From Scenedesmus sp. PABB004 (taxonomy: Eukaryota), in contig JABVCE010000020.1 in the NCBI GenBank assembly GCA_014905635.1, forward strand, positions 310,001-374,000: a stretch of DNA of 64,000 nucleotides. The letters are read 5' to 3'. Under the pieces are notes generated by a model, which saw only the letters and a list, made by a program, of their open reading frames with translations, was not told where the DNA came from and searched no databases. The position numbers and the translations under genes are program-made. Positions 12,239 to 22,189 of this stretch are shown in pieces. Positions within the stretch are counted from its first letter, which is position 1. Every line of letters begins with the position of its first letter.

Positions 12239-12957
12239 GCCAGCGGCGGCCAGGCGGGCCACTGCTGCTCCTGCTCCTGCGCCGGCGGCGCCGCCGCCGG
12301 CCCCAGGGCCGCCAGCTGCGCGCTCGTCTGCAGCAGCTCTGCGGGCGGCGCGCGCCGCGCGTGAGCGCGGCCGCGGGCGTGGGCGCGGCTGCAGCGCCCT
12401 CCCGCGACGCCCCGCGCCAGGCACGCACCGCCCACGCGCGCCCGCCGCCGCGCGGGCGGCCGCGCCGCGCGCCGCGCCGCCACGAACGCGGTCGCCTCGT
12501 CACCGCTGCGCCGGCGCTCGACCCACAGCCCCGCGGCGGCGGGGTTGGCCCCCGCCGCGGCGCCGCCCGGCGGAGGCTTCGCGCGCGTCGGCGGGTGCTG
12601 CGCCGCGGCGGTCGCTGAAGCGGCGTCGGGGGGCAGCACGTCGTAGGAGACCTCCGGCTTTTGCGTGCTCGCCTCCCAGCGCTGCTCCTCGCGCCGCGCA
12701 TCGCGCCACGCCTTGTGCGCGCGGCGCCGCGCGGGGCGGTCTGGCAGGCGGCGGCGGAGGCGGCGGAGGCGTCGGCCGGCTGGCGGCTGCTGCGCCCGGC
12801 AGCGCGCAGGCGGCGAGAAGCCGTTCGGCGGCGCGGGCAGCAGCCGGCGGCGCGGCAGCAGCGCGCGCTCACTGTTCTTGCGCGACACAGCGCCCGCCGC
12901 CACGGCACCCCGCTGCTGGTGGTGCTGCTGCTGGTGCTGGTGCTGCAGAGCCAGCAT
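11878..12957 (-). CDS. Hypothetical low-complexity protein with a poly-Gln tract, possibly organelle-targeted
   Basis: Open frame from ATG 12957 (MLALQHQHQQQHHQQR...) through 'AWRDARREEQRWEASTQKPEVSYDVLPP' and poly-Q to 'DDAWAPELDEW*'. May contain an in-frame intron. No recognised domain. Confidence 0.5.
12169..12238. repeat. (CTG/CAG)n trinucleotide repeat encoding poly-Gln
   Basis: Uninterrupted run of about 23 CTG units on the + strand. Confidence 0.95.
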
Positions 12958-13425
12958 GGCGCGTTGAGGCTGGCACGCACGCGCGAGAGCAGCGTGCGCC
13001 GCTGCCACCACCGCCGCCGCAGCGTATCGCTGCCGCCGCCGCCGCCGGCGTGGCGTTCGCCCGACGCCCGCGGTCACTGGTCCCGGCTGAGCTGCGCGCA
13101 GTCGCGGTGGTCGCGGCAGCGCGTGCGAGGGTGCAGCGCCCTGACAGAGCGCGCAGGCGCGCTGCCCGAGTCAGCTCAGTGTGCGATCTCCCGTCTCACG
13201 TAGCGTGGGCGTGTTTTCAGACGGAGTGCAGCAGCAGGGCAGCAGGCGCGGCAGCAGCAGCAGCAGCACGCCTCCACGCTCGCCTCTCCCGGCTCTCCAG
13301 GGGCCCGTCCGCGCTCGGTCACGGCCATTGCGGCCTGTGCGCCCGCGCACGCAGCAGGCCAGCGCCGGCGCGGCGGCGGCGCGCCGCCAACCGCACGCGA
13401 GCAGCGGCCGAGCGCCGAGGGCCGC

Positions 13426-15661
13426 ATGCTGGCCTCGCGCTGCGCCGCGCACCCCGGCGCGCGGGCCGGGGCGCACCGCCATGCCGGCCCTTGCGGCGCG
13501 CCTGTGGCGGCGCGGCGGCGGCGGGCGACCCGCGCGGCCGCGAGCGAAGACGGCCGCAGCGGCGGCGCTGGCGACAGCGGCGGCGGGGGCGGCGCGGGCG
13601 CGCCGTCGGTCGCCGTGAGCGCGCCGGCCGGCGGCGGCAAGGACGCGCTGCTGGCGCGCATCGCGGCGGCCAAGGCGTACAAGCAGCAGGGCGGCGGCGC
13701 CGGCGCGCCGCCGCCGGCGCAGGCGCCGCCAGCGGGAGACGACGGCGCGCCGCCGCTCGACGCGGCGCAGGCCGAGGCGCTGCGGCAGGCGTACGTTGCG
13801 CAGCTGCGCGAGCAGCAGGCGGCGCTGGCAGAGCAGGGCGCCGGCTACAGCAGCTACCTGCAGGCGACGGCCGCCGCGGGGGGCGGCGAGGGCAGCGGCG
13901 GCGGCGGCGGTCGCGGCGGTGCTGCCAGCAGCGAGCTGGAGCAGCTGGAGGCGTCCGACCCCACGCCGGGCGCGCGGCCGCCGCCGGCGCGGCCCGACTT
14001 TTACACCAACCCCTCCGCGCCGGAGATGCCCGAGCTGCTCGGCGCCGCGCCGCGCCGCGCGGGCACGGGCAGCGCCGACGAGCCCGCCGCGTGGCTCGCG
14101 GGCGTGCTGGCAGAGGGTGCGCGCCCGCACGCGCGCCGCCGCGCGCCGCCGCGCCGCGCTGCTGACTAGCCCGCGCTGACCAGCCCGCCTGCGCCCGCGC
14201 GCGCCCGCGCGCTCGCAGGCGGCGCGACGATCGCTCCGGGCGTGCGGCTGGAGGACTTCACGTCGGCCAAGGACGCGGCGGCGCGGCAGCGCGGCGCCGA
14301 GATCATCACCGCCTTTCCTGAGGACTTTGGCCCGCCGGCGGGCGCGCCGGACGCGCCGCCGGACGCGCCGGGCGCCGCGGGCGCGGCGGCGGCGGGCGCC
14401 GACGCGCCGCCGGGCGCGGCGGCGGTCGAGGGCGGCGGCGGCGGGGCGTACAAGCCCAAGGTGACGACGTGGGGCATGTTCCCGCGCCCCAACGACATCA
14501 GCGCCGCGTACGGCGGCGGGCGCACCATCCGGCCCGGGCAGGCGCTCGAGACGCCGGAGCAGAAGGCCAAGCGCGAGGCGCGGCGGCGGCGGCGGCGCGG
14601 CGCGCGCTGGGCGGCAGCGGCCGCAGCGCGGCCGCCTGGACGGTCGCCGCCCGGCGCGCTCACCCCCCACCCCCGCCCGGCGCCCTGGGCCCTGAACCCC
14701 CAGGCGGAGTACGCGGCCGCGCTTCAGCGCTACAAGGCCGCGACCTTCACCGACTCGCTCAGCGACGCGGAGCTCGCGGCGGCGCAGGCGCGATACAACG
14801 AGGCCATGGCGCTGTTCAAGCGCGGCGCGCTCGCCGAGGCGCTGGCGCTCTTCGATGAGGTGCGCACGCCGCGGCGGCGGGGCGGTGGCGCGCGCGGCGC
14901 GGACGCGTGCCGCCCCCTGCACGCGCACTGCCGCCGCCGCCGCCGCCGCCTCGAGCCCGCCGGCTCGCCGCCGCCGTCGTCGCGCAGGTGCGGGCAAAGG
15001 TGCCGCTCAAGAGCAAGCTGGGCGGGCTGTCCACGCTGCAGGCCGCCGTGTGCTACGACACGCTCGGCAACGGCCGCCAGGCCGAGGCGCTCTACAAGCG
15101 GTGGGTGCGGGGTGCGGGGCGTGGGCGTGGTGGGTGCGGGCGTGTGCGGCGGCGGTCGTGCAGTGGCCGCCCGCCCGCCCGCCCGCGCAGCACCGAGCCC
15201 CTCGCCGCCGCCGCCGCCGCCGCCGCGGCCGCCGCCGCCGCCGCGCCGCGCAGCATCCAGGGGCACCCGACGTCAGAGGTGTCGCGCAAGGCCAAGGCGC
15301 TCGTGTTTGGCTTCACCGCGATGAGCTTCCTCAAGACGGAGGGCCTCAGCTACGCTGTGAAGAAGGAGGACTACATGGAGTACTTCAGGTTAGGCGCGGC
15401 GGCCGCAGCGGCCGGCTGGTGCTCGGGCGGGGAGGCCGCCGCCCGCGGCGGCGCCGCGGCGTGCTCACGCGCGCCCGCGCCGCGCGCGCGCGCGCCCGGC
15501 CGCCCGCCAGGCGCGCGGCGGACCGCACCCGGCTGTACGTGGCGAGCGAGGAGGAGCGGGCGGCCGACGCGGCCGAGGCGCGGCGCGCGGCGCTGGTCGC
15601 AGTCGCGGTCGTGCTGGGGCCGGTGCTCGTGATGGGTGCGCTGCTCGCGGGGCGCGGCTGA
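13426..15661 (+). CDS. Conserved green-lineage protein, probably plastid-targeted, with TPR-like helices and a C-terminal TM helix
   Basis: Transit-peptide-like N-terminus 'MLASRCAAHPGARAGAHRH'. Exons encode 'YKPKVTTWGMFPRPNDISAAYGGGRTIRPGQALET' (recalled as a motif of an uncharacterised plant protein family), TPR-like 'YNEAMALFKRGALAEALALFDE' and 'AAVCYDTLGNGRQAEALYK', and TM 'ALVAVAVVLGPVLVMGALL'. Confidence 0.7.
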
Positions 15662-15703
15662 CCGGTGCTCGTGATGGGCGCGCTGCTCGCGGGGCGCGGC
15701 TGA
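15620..15703 (+). repeat. Tandem 42-bp direct duplication spanning the gene's stop codon
   Basis: ccggtgctcgtgatgggYgcgctgctcgcggggcgcggctga at 15620-15661 and 15662-15703, one mismatch. Confidence 0.95.
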
Positions 15704-15780
15704 CGCGCGCGCCGGCCGAGGGCCGGGGGGAGAGCCGGGCGAGTGAGCCGGTGCGCGAGCACACGGCGGACGGGGCCGGT

Positions 15781-15912
15781 GGCGAGGGCGAGGGCGAGGG
15801 CGAGGGCGAGGGCGAGGGCGAGGGCGAGGGCGAGGGCGAGGGCGAGGGCGAGGGCGAGGGCGAGGGCGAGGGCGAGGGCGAGGGCGAGGGCGAGGGCGAG
15901 GGCGAGGGCGAG
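15781..15912. repeat. (GGCGAG)22 hexanucleotide microsatellite
   Basis: Perfect tandem GGCGAG units over 132 bp in the intergenic/3' region. Confidence 0.95.
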
Positions 15913-16403
15913 CTGAGGGCTGGCGGGTGCGCGGGTGCGCGCCGCCTGGCCGCAGCGAGCGGGAGTGCGGCGCCGGTGGCCGCCGCGCAGCCGCGGCGGC
16001 CGGGCCGCCCCGAGCATCTGTCGCGAGCGCAGCGGAGCGGGTCGTCGCGTGGCGTTAGTGGCGCGCGAGTTGCGCCCGGCGGCGACGCCTGAGCGGCCGC
16101 GGGCGGCAGGGAGTTTGTCGTGCGATGGCCTGAGTTGCAGTCGTGTGATCGTGTGAGTAGCGGCTGGCGGCGGAGCACGCTGCAGCAGCGGCGGCGGCGG
16201 CGCCGACAGCAGCAGCACGAAGCAGCGGCAGCGCGTGTCGCCGTTGCTTCACCGCAGTTCTCTCGGCTCAACGCGACCGAGCCCGCAGCTCGCCGGGCGC
16301 CACCCACGACGCACGGGCGGGGCCGCGCCAATTCGACAAGCGAGTACCTCGCGAAGCTGCGTTCTGCAGCACTTCTGCAGCTGTGGGTGCAGAATTTGAG
16401 CTT

Positions 16404-17234
16404 ATGAAGCTACCACGAGCGCGCCGGCGACGGTCGACGCCGCTGGCGCCGCTGTCGCTGCTGCTGCTTGCACGTGTCGCGTCCTGCCGGCCGGCGGGCC
16501 TGCGCAGCTCGGCCTGGGGCTACGGTGGGACTGCCTGGCCCGCCGGCGTGGCTGCAACGCAGCTGGACAGCGGCGCCCTGGCGGGCGGCGCAGGCGCCTG
16601 GTCACGCGGCGTGCCGGGCGCCGGTGCCGCTCCTGCGACCCCAGGCGCCGGCGCGCCGGGCGCCGCCCAGCCGGCCGCGCAGCAGGCTGACGGCGCGGGT
16701 GCCGTGGGCGCGGCCGTCGCGAGCCCGTACACAGAGACGGGCGCGGTGGTGGCGAGCGCGTGGCAGCCGCGCCCGCACCCGTGCGTCATCGCTGGGCTCT
16801 GCAAGAACGGCGCCACGTGCCTGCCCAACGGCGCTGCCTTTGTTTGCGCGTGCCAGCAAGGTTGGTTTGGGGACTTCTGCGACCAGGCCGTCGCGGTGCG
16901 CAACCCAACGGTGCAGCTCGTGCCGATGGTCCCGACCATCGCGCAGCGCGGCGCGGGCCCCGGCGACGGCGGCGGGCTCCTGCCGCCGGGCATCGCGGGC
17001 GAGCCGGGCGCGCTCGCGCGCACGTGGGGCGCGCCCACGGGCTGGGGCGCCGCGGAGCGCGCCGGCGGCAGCAGCGGCGGCGGCCCGGCGGCTGGCGGCG
17101 GTGGCAGCAGCGGCGGCGGCCCGGCGGCTGGCGGTGGCGGCAGCAGCAGCGGCGGCACCGGCGGCGGCGGCGGCGGCGTGCCAATGACTGGCACACCAGG
17201 GGCTGCCACGCCAGCGAGCGCGGTGCCCAGGTGA
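16404..17234 (+). CDS. Secreted Gly/Ala-rich protein with one EGF-like domain
   Basis: Signal peptide 'MKLPRARRRRSTPLAPLSLLLLARVASC'; six-Cys EGF 'PCVIAGLCKNGATCLPNGAAFVCACQQGWFGDFCD'. The 3' end is uncertain (possible donor near 17231). Confidence 0.7.
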   Translation: MKLPRARRRRSTPLAPLSLLLLARVASCRPAGLRSSAWGYGGTAWPAGVAATQLDSGALAGGAGAWSRGVPGAGAAPATPGAGAPGAAQPAAQQADGAGAVGAAVASPYTETGAVVASAWQPRPHPCVIAGLCKNGATCLPNGAAFVCACQQGWFGDFCDQAVAVRNPTVQLVPMVPTIAQRGAGPGDGGGLLPPGIAGEPGALARTWGAPTGWGAAERAGGSSGGGPAAGGGGSSGGGPAAGGGGSSSGGTGGGGGGVPMTGTPGAATPASAVPR

Positions 17235-17611
17235 TCCAAGTAACCGACCCGCGCCGCCGCCCGCGCGCGCGCTCCGCCGGCGGCAGCGGCGCGCGAGTGA
17301 CGCCGCCCGGAAAGAGGCGCGACCCCGCGGTGGCGGGACCAGTGGCGGCTGCAACCACCCTGAGCACGCCCGCGCGTTGCAGCGCCGCGTCCTGAGCCCC
17401 GCGCGCCAACCGCCGGCGCCGGCCCGACCGCTCAACCGCCGCGCGTCAGGCACTGCGTTGGCCCCGCCGCCTGCTGCCGCCCCTCCAGAAGCCTCGCCGA
17501 CCGCTCCTCGGCGCAACAGATACGCCCTCCGCGGCCCGCACGCCGCCACACCGCTGCTGCTGTTGCGGACGCCGCTCCCTGCACGCCCGCGCCCAGCGCC
17601 TCCCCGTCCTG

Positions 17612-18547
17612 ATGGCTCCCCGCGCTGCCCTGGCCGGCCTGGCGCTCCTGGCGGCGCTCGCAACCGCCGCGGCCGCGGCGCCGCCCGCCGCGCCGGGGCT
17701 CGACACCGCGCTGCTGCCGGCGGCCAACAGCAGCCTCGACGAGTTCAAGAACGCCTCCGCCGTCGCCGCCGCGATGGCGGACGACACCGACGGCACCTCT
17801 GACGAGCCGAACTGCAAGCTCACCAGCAAGGACGTGAGCAAGGTCGACCTGGACGCGATCGAGATGGCCTGCGGTGCGTGCCGCCTGACACGCCTGCCGC
17901 GGACACACCGCGCCGCGCCGCGCCGCACCGCGCCGCCCGCGCGCTGCCCACGCCTGACCCGCCCGGCGCGCCATCCGCAGCGGACACGGCGGCGGCCGGC
18001 TTTTGCGCGGACTGCGGCTGCGCGCTGAGCGCGGTGAGCGGGCGTGCCGCGGCGCGCGGCGGCCGGCGCCGCCGAGCGCCTGGGCGCGGGCGGCCGGGCC
18101 GCGCGGTGCCCCCACACGCCGCCCCCACGCGCCGCCGCCACGCCGCCGCCGCCCGTCCAGGCGCCGCTGCGGGCGCTCAACCGCACGGGCAAGCTCGCGA
18201 CCGCGGGCGACGACGCGCTGGACGCGTGCGGGCGCTGGACGTTTGAGGAGGCGGGCAAGGCCGGCGCGCTGCCGGCGGGCGCCGTGACGGCCCTGGGGGC
18301 GTGCGACCCGGCGACGCTCGTCTGCGGCGCGGCCTCGAAGCAGCTCAATACGTCGCTGCTCGCCAAGGGCGTGTCCGACAAGCTCGACGTGCTGGCCGGC
18401 TCGGTCGCCGACGCGGCGCGCGACGCGGCCGCGGGCGCGCTGCCCGCGGGCGCGCCGGCGCCGCGCGCGACGGGCGCCGCGGCGGGCGCGCGCACGGCCG
18501 CGGGCGCGCTCGCCGCCGCGGCCGCGCTCGCCGCGCTGCTGCTGTGA
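17612..18547 (+). CDS. Small secreted Cys-containing protein with probable GPI-anchor signal (3 exons)
   Basis: Signal peptide 'MAPRAALAGLALLAALATAAAA'. Exons at about 17612-17873, 17981-18033 and 18161-18547 carry about 8 Cys. Hydrophobic C-terminus 'AAGALAAAAALAALLL*'. Confidence 0.7.
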
Positions 18548-18913
18548 GCGCCGCGCGCGCAGACCCGCGCAACAGAACGTGCGCGGCGTTGATGTTTTGG
18601 GAAGGGCGCGCACGTACTCAATGTGTGTTCTTTTTTTTGCGCCCAGCTAGCTGCAGCCCCCCCGAAACGCGGAACAACCAAACAGCGGCGTCACTGCCAC
18701 GCGCCAACGTAACCCAGGGCGATTTGCGGGCGGCGAGAACCTCCGCCGCCGGTCAGTACGCGCCCAACGTGCTGCTAGGCCTCTACGGCCGCTGCCCGAC
18801 TCCCCAGCAAGCCGCAGCCCGGCGCCGCGCGGCTGCGGCCAGCTCCGGTCGCGGCCAGCGGCGCAGCGGCGCCCGCAGCCGCTGCGCCGGCGCCGCAGCC
18901 AGCGCGCCGCGCC

Positions 18914-21689
18914 ATGCGCCGCGCGGGGGTGCTCCTGGTCGCGCTCGCGCTGGCGACTGCGTGCTGCGGGCCCGCAGCAGGGAGCCCCGGTCGGCGCCCT
19001 CCCGTGCGCCTGCTCCAGCAGCGCGCGCTGCTGCAGAACTCTCACCGCTCGCTGGTGAGAGCACGACCAATCTCTGGCGCCCGCCGGAGCGGCCGCTGCA
19101 GCGCTGTGCTGGCGGCGTCAGCAGCGGCGGCACCACGTCCAACGCTGCTGCCGCCCGCCGCCCGCCCCCGCTCGCCCCCGCCCCCACAGGCCCCCGCCAA
19201 GGTCGCACCGCTGCAGTCCCGACTCGCCGCGTCGACTCCGGCGCCCTTTCGGGTCAAGTTCATCTACCACGGCCTGCGCGCCGCGGACAGCGTGCTCACG
19301 CCGGCGCAGGCGACGGCGCTGGAGACGCGCCTCGGCCCCGCGACCGAGAAGATTCTTCGCCGCTTCCTGCAGGTGGGCTGGGGCGCGCGTACACGGCCAA
19401 AGCGGAACTAAACAAACGGCGCCGGTCGCGCGGCGTCAACGGGCCGCGCGGCCGCCGGTGCCTCGGCGCCGCAGGTGCGCGCGCCGCAGGTCGGCCCCCT
19501 GACGGCGATCCAGGACCCCGGCAGCTGGTGCGAGGAGGAGGGCTACATTGTGCCGGAGCAGATGCGCAACGGAGGTGCGCGTGTGCGCGACGCGACGCGA
19601 CGCGACGCAGCGCGGCCGCCGCCGGCGCAGGATGCGCGTCGCTGCCGGCTCCGCCGCCGCCGCCGCCCGAGCGCCGCCCCCGCTGGCGGCGACGTCGCCG
19701 CAGGCATCCCTGACGCTGACCTGGTGATGGTGGTGACCTCGGACCGGCCCAACTGCAAGCCGGCGCCGGGGCCGTACGCGTCGGCCGGGTCGTGCGACTT
19801 TGACCCCGTCACGCGGCGCCCCACGCTCGCCGGCGTCGTGGTGTGTGCCCCGTTCTTCACGCAGGCCCCGTCGGAGCAGCTCGCGACGCTGGTGCACGAG
19901 ACCGTGCATGCGCTGGTGGGCGGGCCGCGGCGGCGGGCGCCAGGCTCGCCGGGAGAGCTGGCAGCGCGCGAGCTGGGCGCGGGCGCGCCGGCGGCGCGCT
20001 GACGGCTGCCCCGCCCGCGGTGCGCCCGCCGCCGTGTTCACGTTTGGCCAGGGCTTCACCGACTGGCTCATGCCCCAGTGGTATGACCAGGACAGCGGCC
20101 GGCCCTACGACTGGCAGGCGCGGCGCCGGCGCGGCGGGGGCCGGGCCCTCGAGCGCGCGACCGACCCGAGCCGCCGTCGCCGCCGCGCCGCGCCGCCGCC
20201 AGGTCATCCAAGAAAACGGCGCCTACGACAAGGGCCCCAGCGCGGGCACGCGGCCTGCGTTCCTGACCACGCCGCGCGTGACCGCGTTTGCGCGGGTGCG
20301 TGCGCCGCCGCGGCCGCGCGGCACGCGCGCCGCGCCGCGGCGCCGCGGCACTCACCCCTCCACCCCCCTCTCATCCCCTCCCCGGTCGCGGCGCAGGAGT
20401 TTTTCGGCTGCCCCACGCTGCCCGGCGCGCCGCTCGCGCCCGGCACGCGCAACGACAAGGACCTCGCCCACTGGCACCTGCACACGGTGCAGGTGCGCGC
20501 CCCGCTGCCTCGGCTGCCGCCGTCCCCTCCCTCCCTCCCTGCCGGCCCTGAGCCCTCACGCTGCCGCGCCGCCGTGCTGCCGCCGTGCCGTGCCGTGCCG
20601 GTCAAACTCAGTTCGACCTCATGATCGCCAGCGACGTGGAGACGCTGCAGACGAGCCGGCTGACCAACTTCACGCTCGCGCTGCTCGAGGACACCGGCTG
20701 GTGCGCGCGCCCCGCGCCGCACCCGTGGCGCGCGGCGCCGTCGGGGCGCCGCGGACGCCGCCGACGCCTCCGCCTCCGCCTTCGCCGTCGCCGCCTCTGC
20801 CGCTGCCACCGCCTCCGCCCCGCCGCAACAGGTACGTCGCGAACCGCGCGCTCGCCGAGGAGGCCGAGGCGGGGCGGCGCGGGGGGTGCGGGTTTGTGAC
20901 GCTGCCGTGCGAGCAGTTCCGGCAGAGCGACGAGCAGACGTACCTGGTGTGTGACCCGAGCTATAAGGGCCTGGACTACTGCAGCCCCGACTTCAGGGGC
21001 ATAGCGCGCTGCGGCGTGGGCGACGCAAAGTGCCTCGTGCCGCTCGCGCGCGCCGAGGGCCTGTGGGACTGCAGCCAGGGCGCGAGCTTCGGCCTGTCCC
21101 CCGCGGCGGCCGCGCACGCGCGCGTCATGGCCGCGCTCGGGGGTGAGACGGGCCCCGGCGCGCGCTGCGTGATGCTCGAGGGGTCGGCCTGCGCCGTCGG
21201 GGCGGCGCGGCCGCGCGCGTGCGCCAAGACGCAGGCCATGTGCGTCGCGACCGCCTGCGACGCGCGGGGCCAGGTGGTGCTGACCTTCAAGCCACCCAAG
21301 GGCGGCGCGCCGGTCAGCGTCACCTGCACCGAGCCGGGTGCGCGGCGCGGCTCGCCGGCTGGCTGCCGTGCGGCCGGCGGCGGCATCATGACTGCACGCC
21401 GCCGCCGCCGCCGCCGCTGCCGCCGCCCACCTTTTCGCGACGCAGGCGCACTCGTCGACATGAAGCGCCGCGCCCCCGGGCTCTTTGCGAGCGGCTCAGT
21501 GTGGTGCCCCGACCCCCGCGGCGTGTGCCCGACGCTCGGCTGCGGCGGCGCCTGCCCGCCCGCGCTGGGCGTCTGCTGGCAGGGGCAGTGCCGCTGCCGC
21601 TACTTTGCGTCAGGTGCGTGGCCGGGCTGTGGCGCGTGCAAGGTGCAGCACGCCGATCGCACCGCCCGACTGGCTTTGACCAGGCCGCC

Positions 21690-21726
<37 letters not shown>

Positions 21727-21760
21727 AGGCCCCAACTGCGAACACTCGCTGCTGACGTGA
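18914..21760 (+). CDS. Leishmanolysin/GP63-like zinc metalloprotease (peptidase M8), secreted, with C-terminal EGF-like Cys-rich region
   Basis: Signal peptide 'MRRAGVLLVALALATACC'. Motifs 'DADLVMVVT', 'CDFDPVTRRPTLAG', zinc motif 'HETVHAL', 'FLTTPRVTAFAR|EFFGCPTLPGAPL', third ligand 'AHW', Met-turn 'DLMI', 'TNFTLALLEDTGW|YVAN'. Last exon 'GPNCEHSLLT*' ends at 21760. Confidence 0.88.
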
Positions 21761-22189
21761 AGAGCGAGCGCCTGCGTGCGCTGTGGGCCCTCGCACACGT
21801 GGCCGCGGGCATGCCGAGCGGCCGCGGGTCGCGAGCAGCGGCGGCAGCGCGGTGACGCCGTGCGCCCACGCCGCGCACAAGCGCCAGACGCCGGCCCTGA
21901 TCACCTGCGGGTCGATACAGACCTCCAACAGCGCTCTCAGCCCGGGGCTGCCCGCCAGGCCCCGCTTCCAGGGCACTGCCGGCTTGCGGCCTCCCCGCTC
22001 GACCAGGCCGCGCAGCCGCGCCACCGCCGCGCCATTCACACCGACCTGCTGCACCGGCACCTCCGCTCCGGCCCAGCGGCCGCTGCCGCGGCCTGCTCGC
22101 CCGCGAGACCCACCGGGCAATCCGCTGTCGCAGCGCGCGCCGGGCGGCCTGCAGGCCTCGCTCGCACGCTCTCGACATCAATCGAGATC

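Noticed and set aside
15781..15912. Regular array as a possible CRISPR or telomeric repeat, or a poly-(GE)/(LA)/(SP) protein
   Set aside because: No spacers, no cas genes, eukaryotic context, and not TTTAGGG-like; a simple microsatellite.
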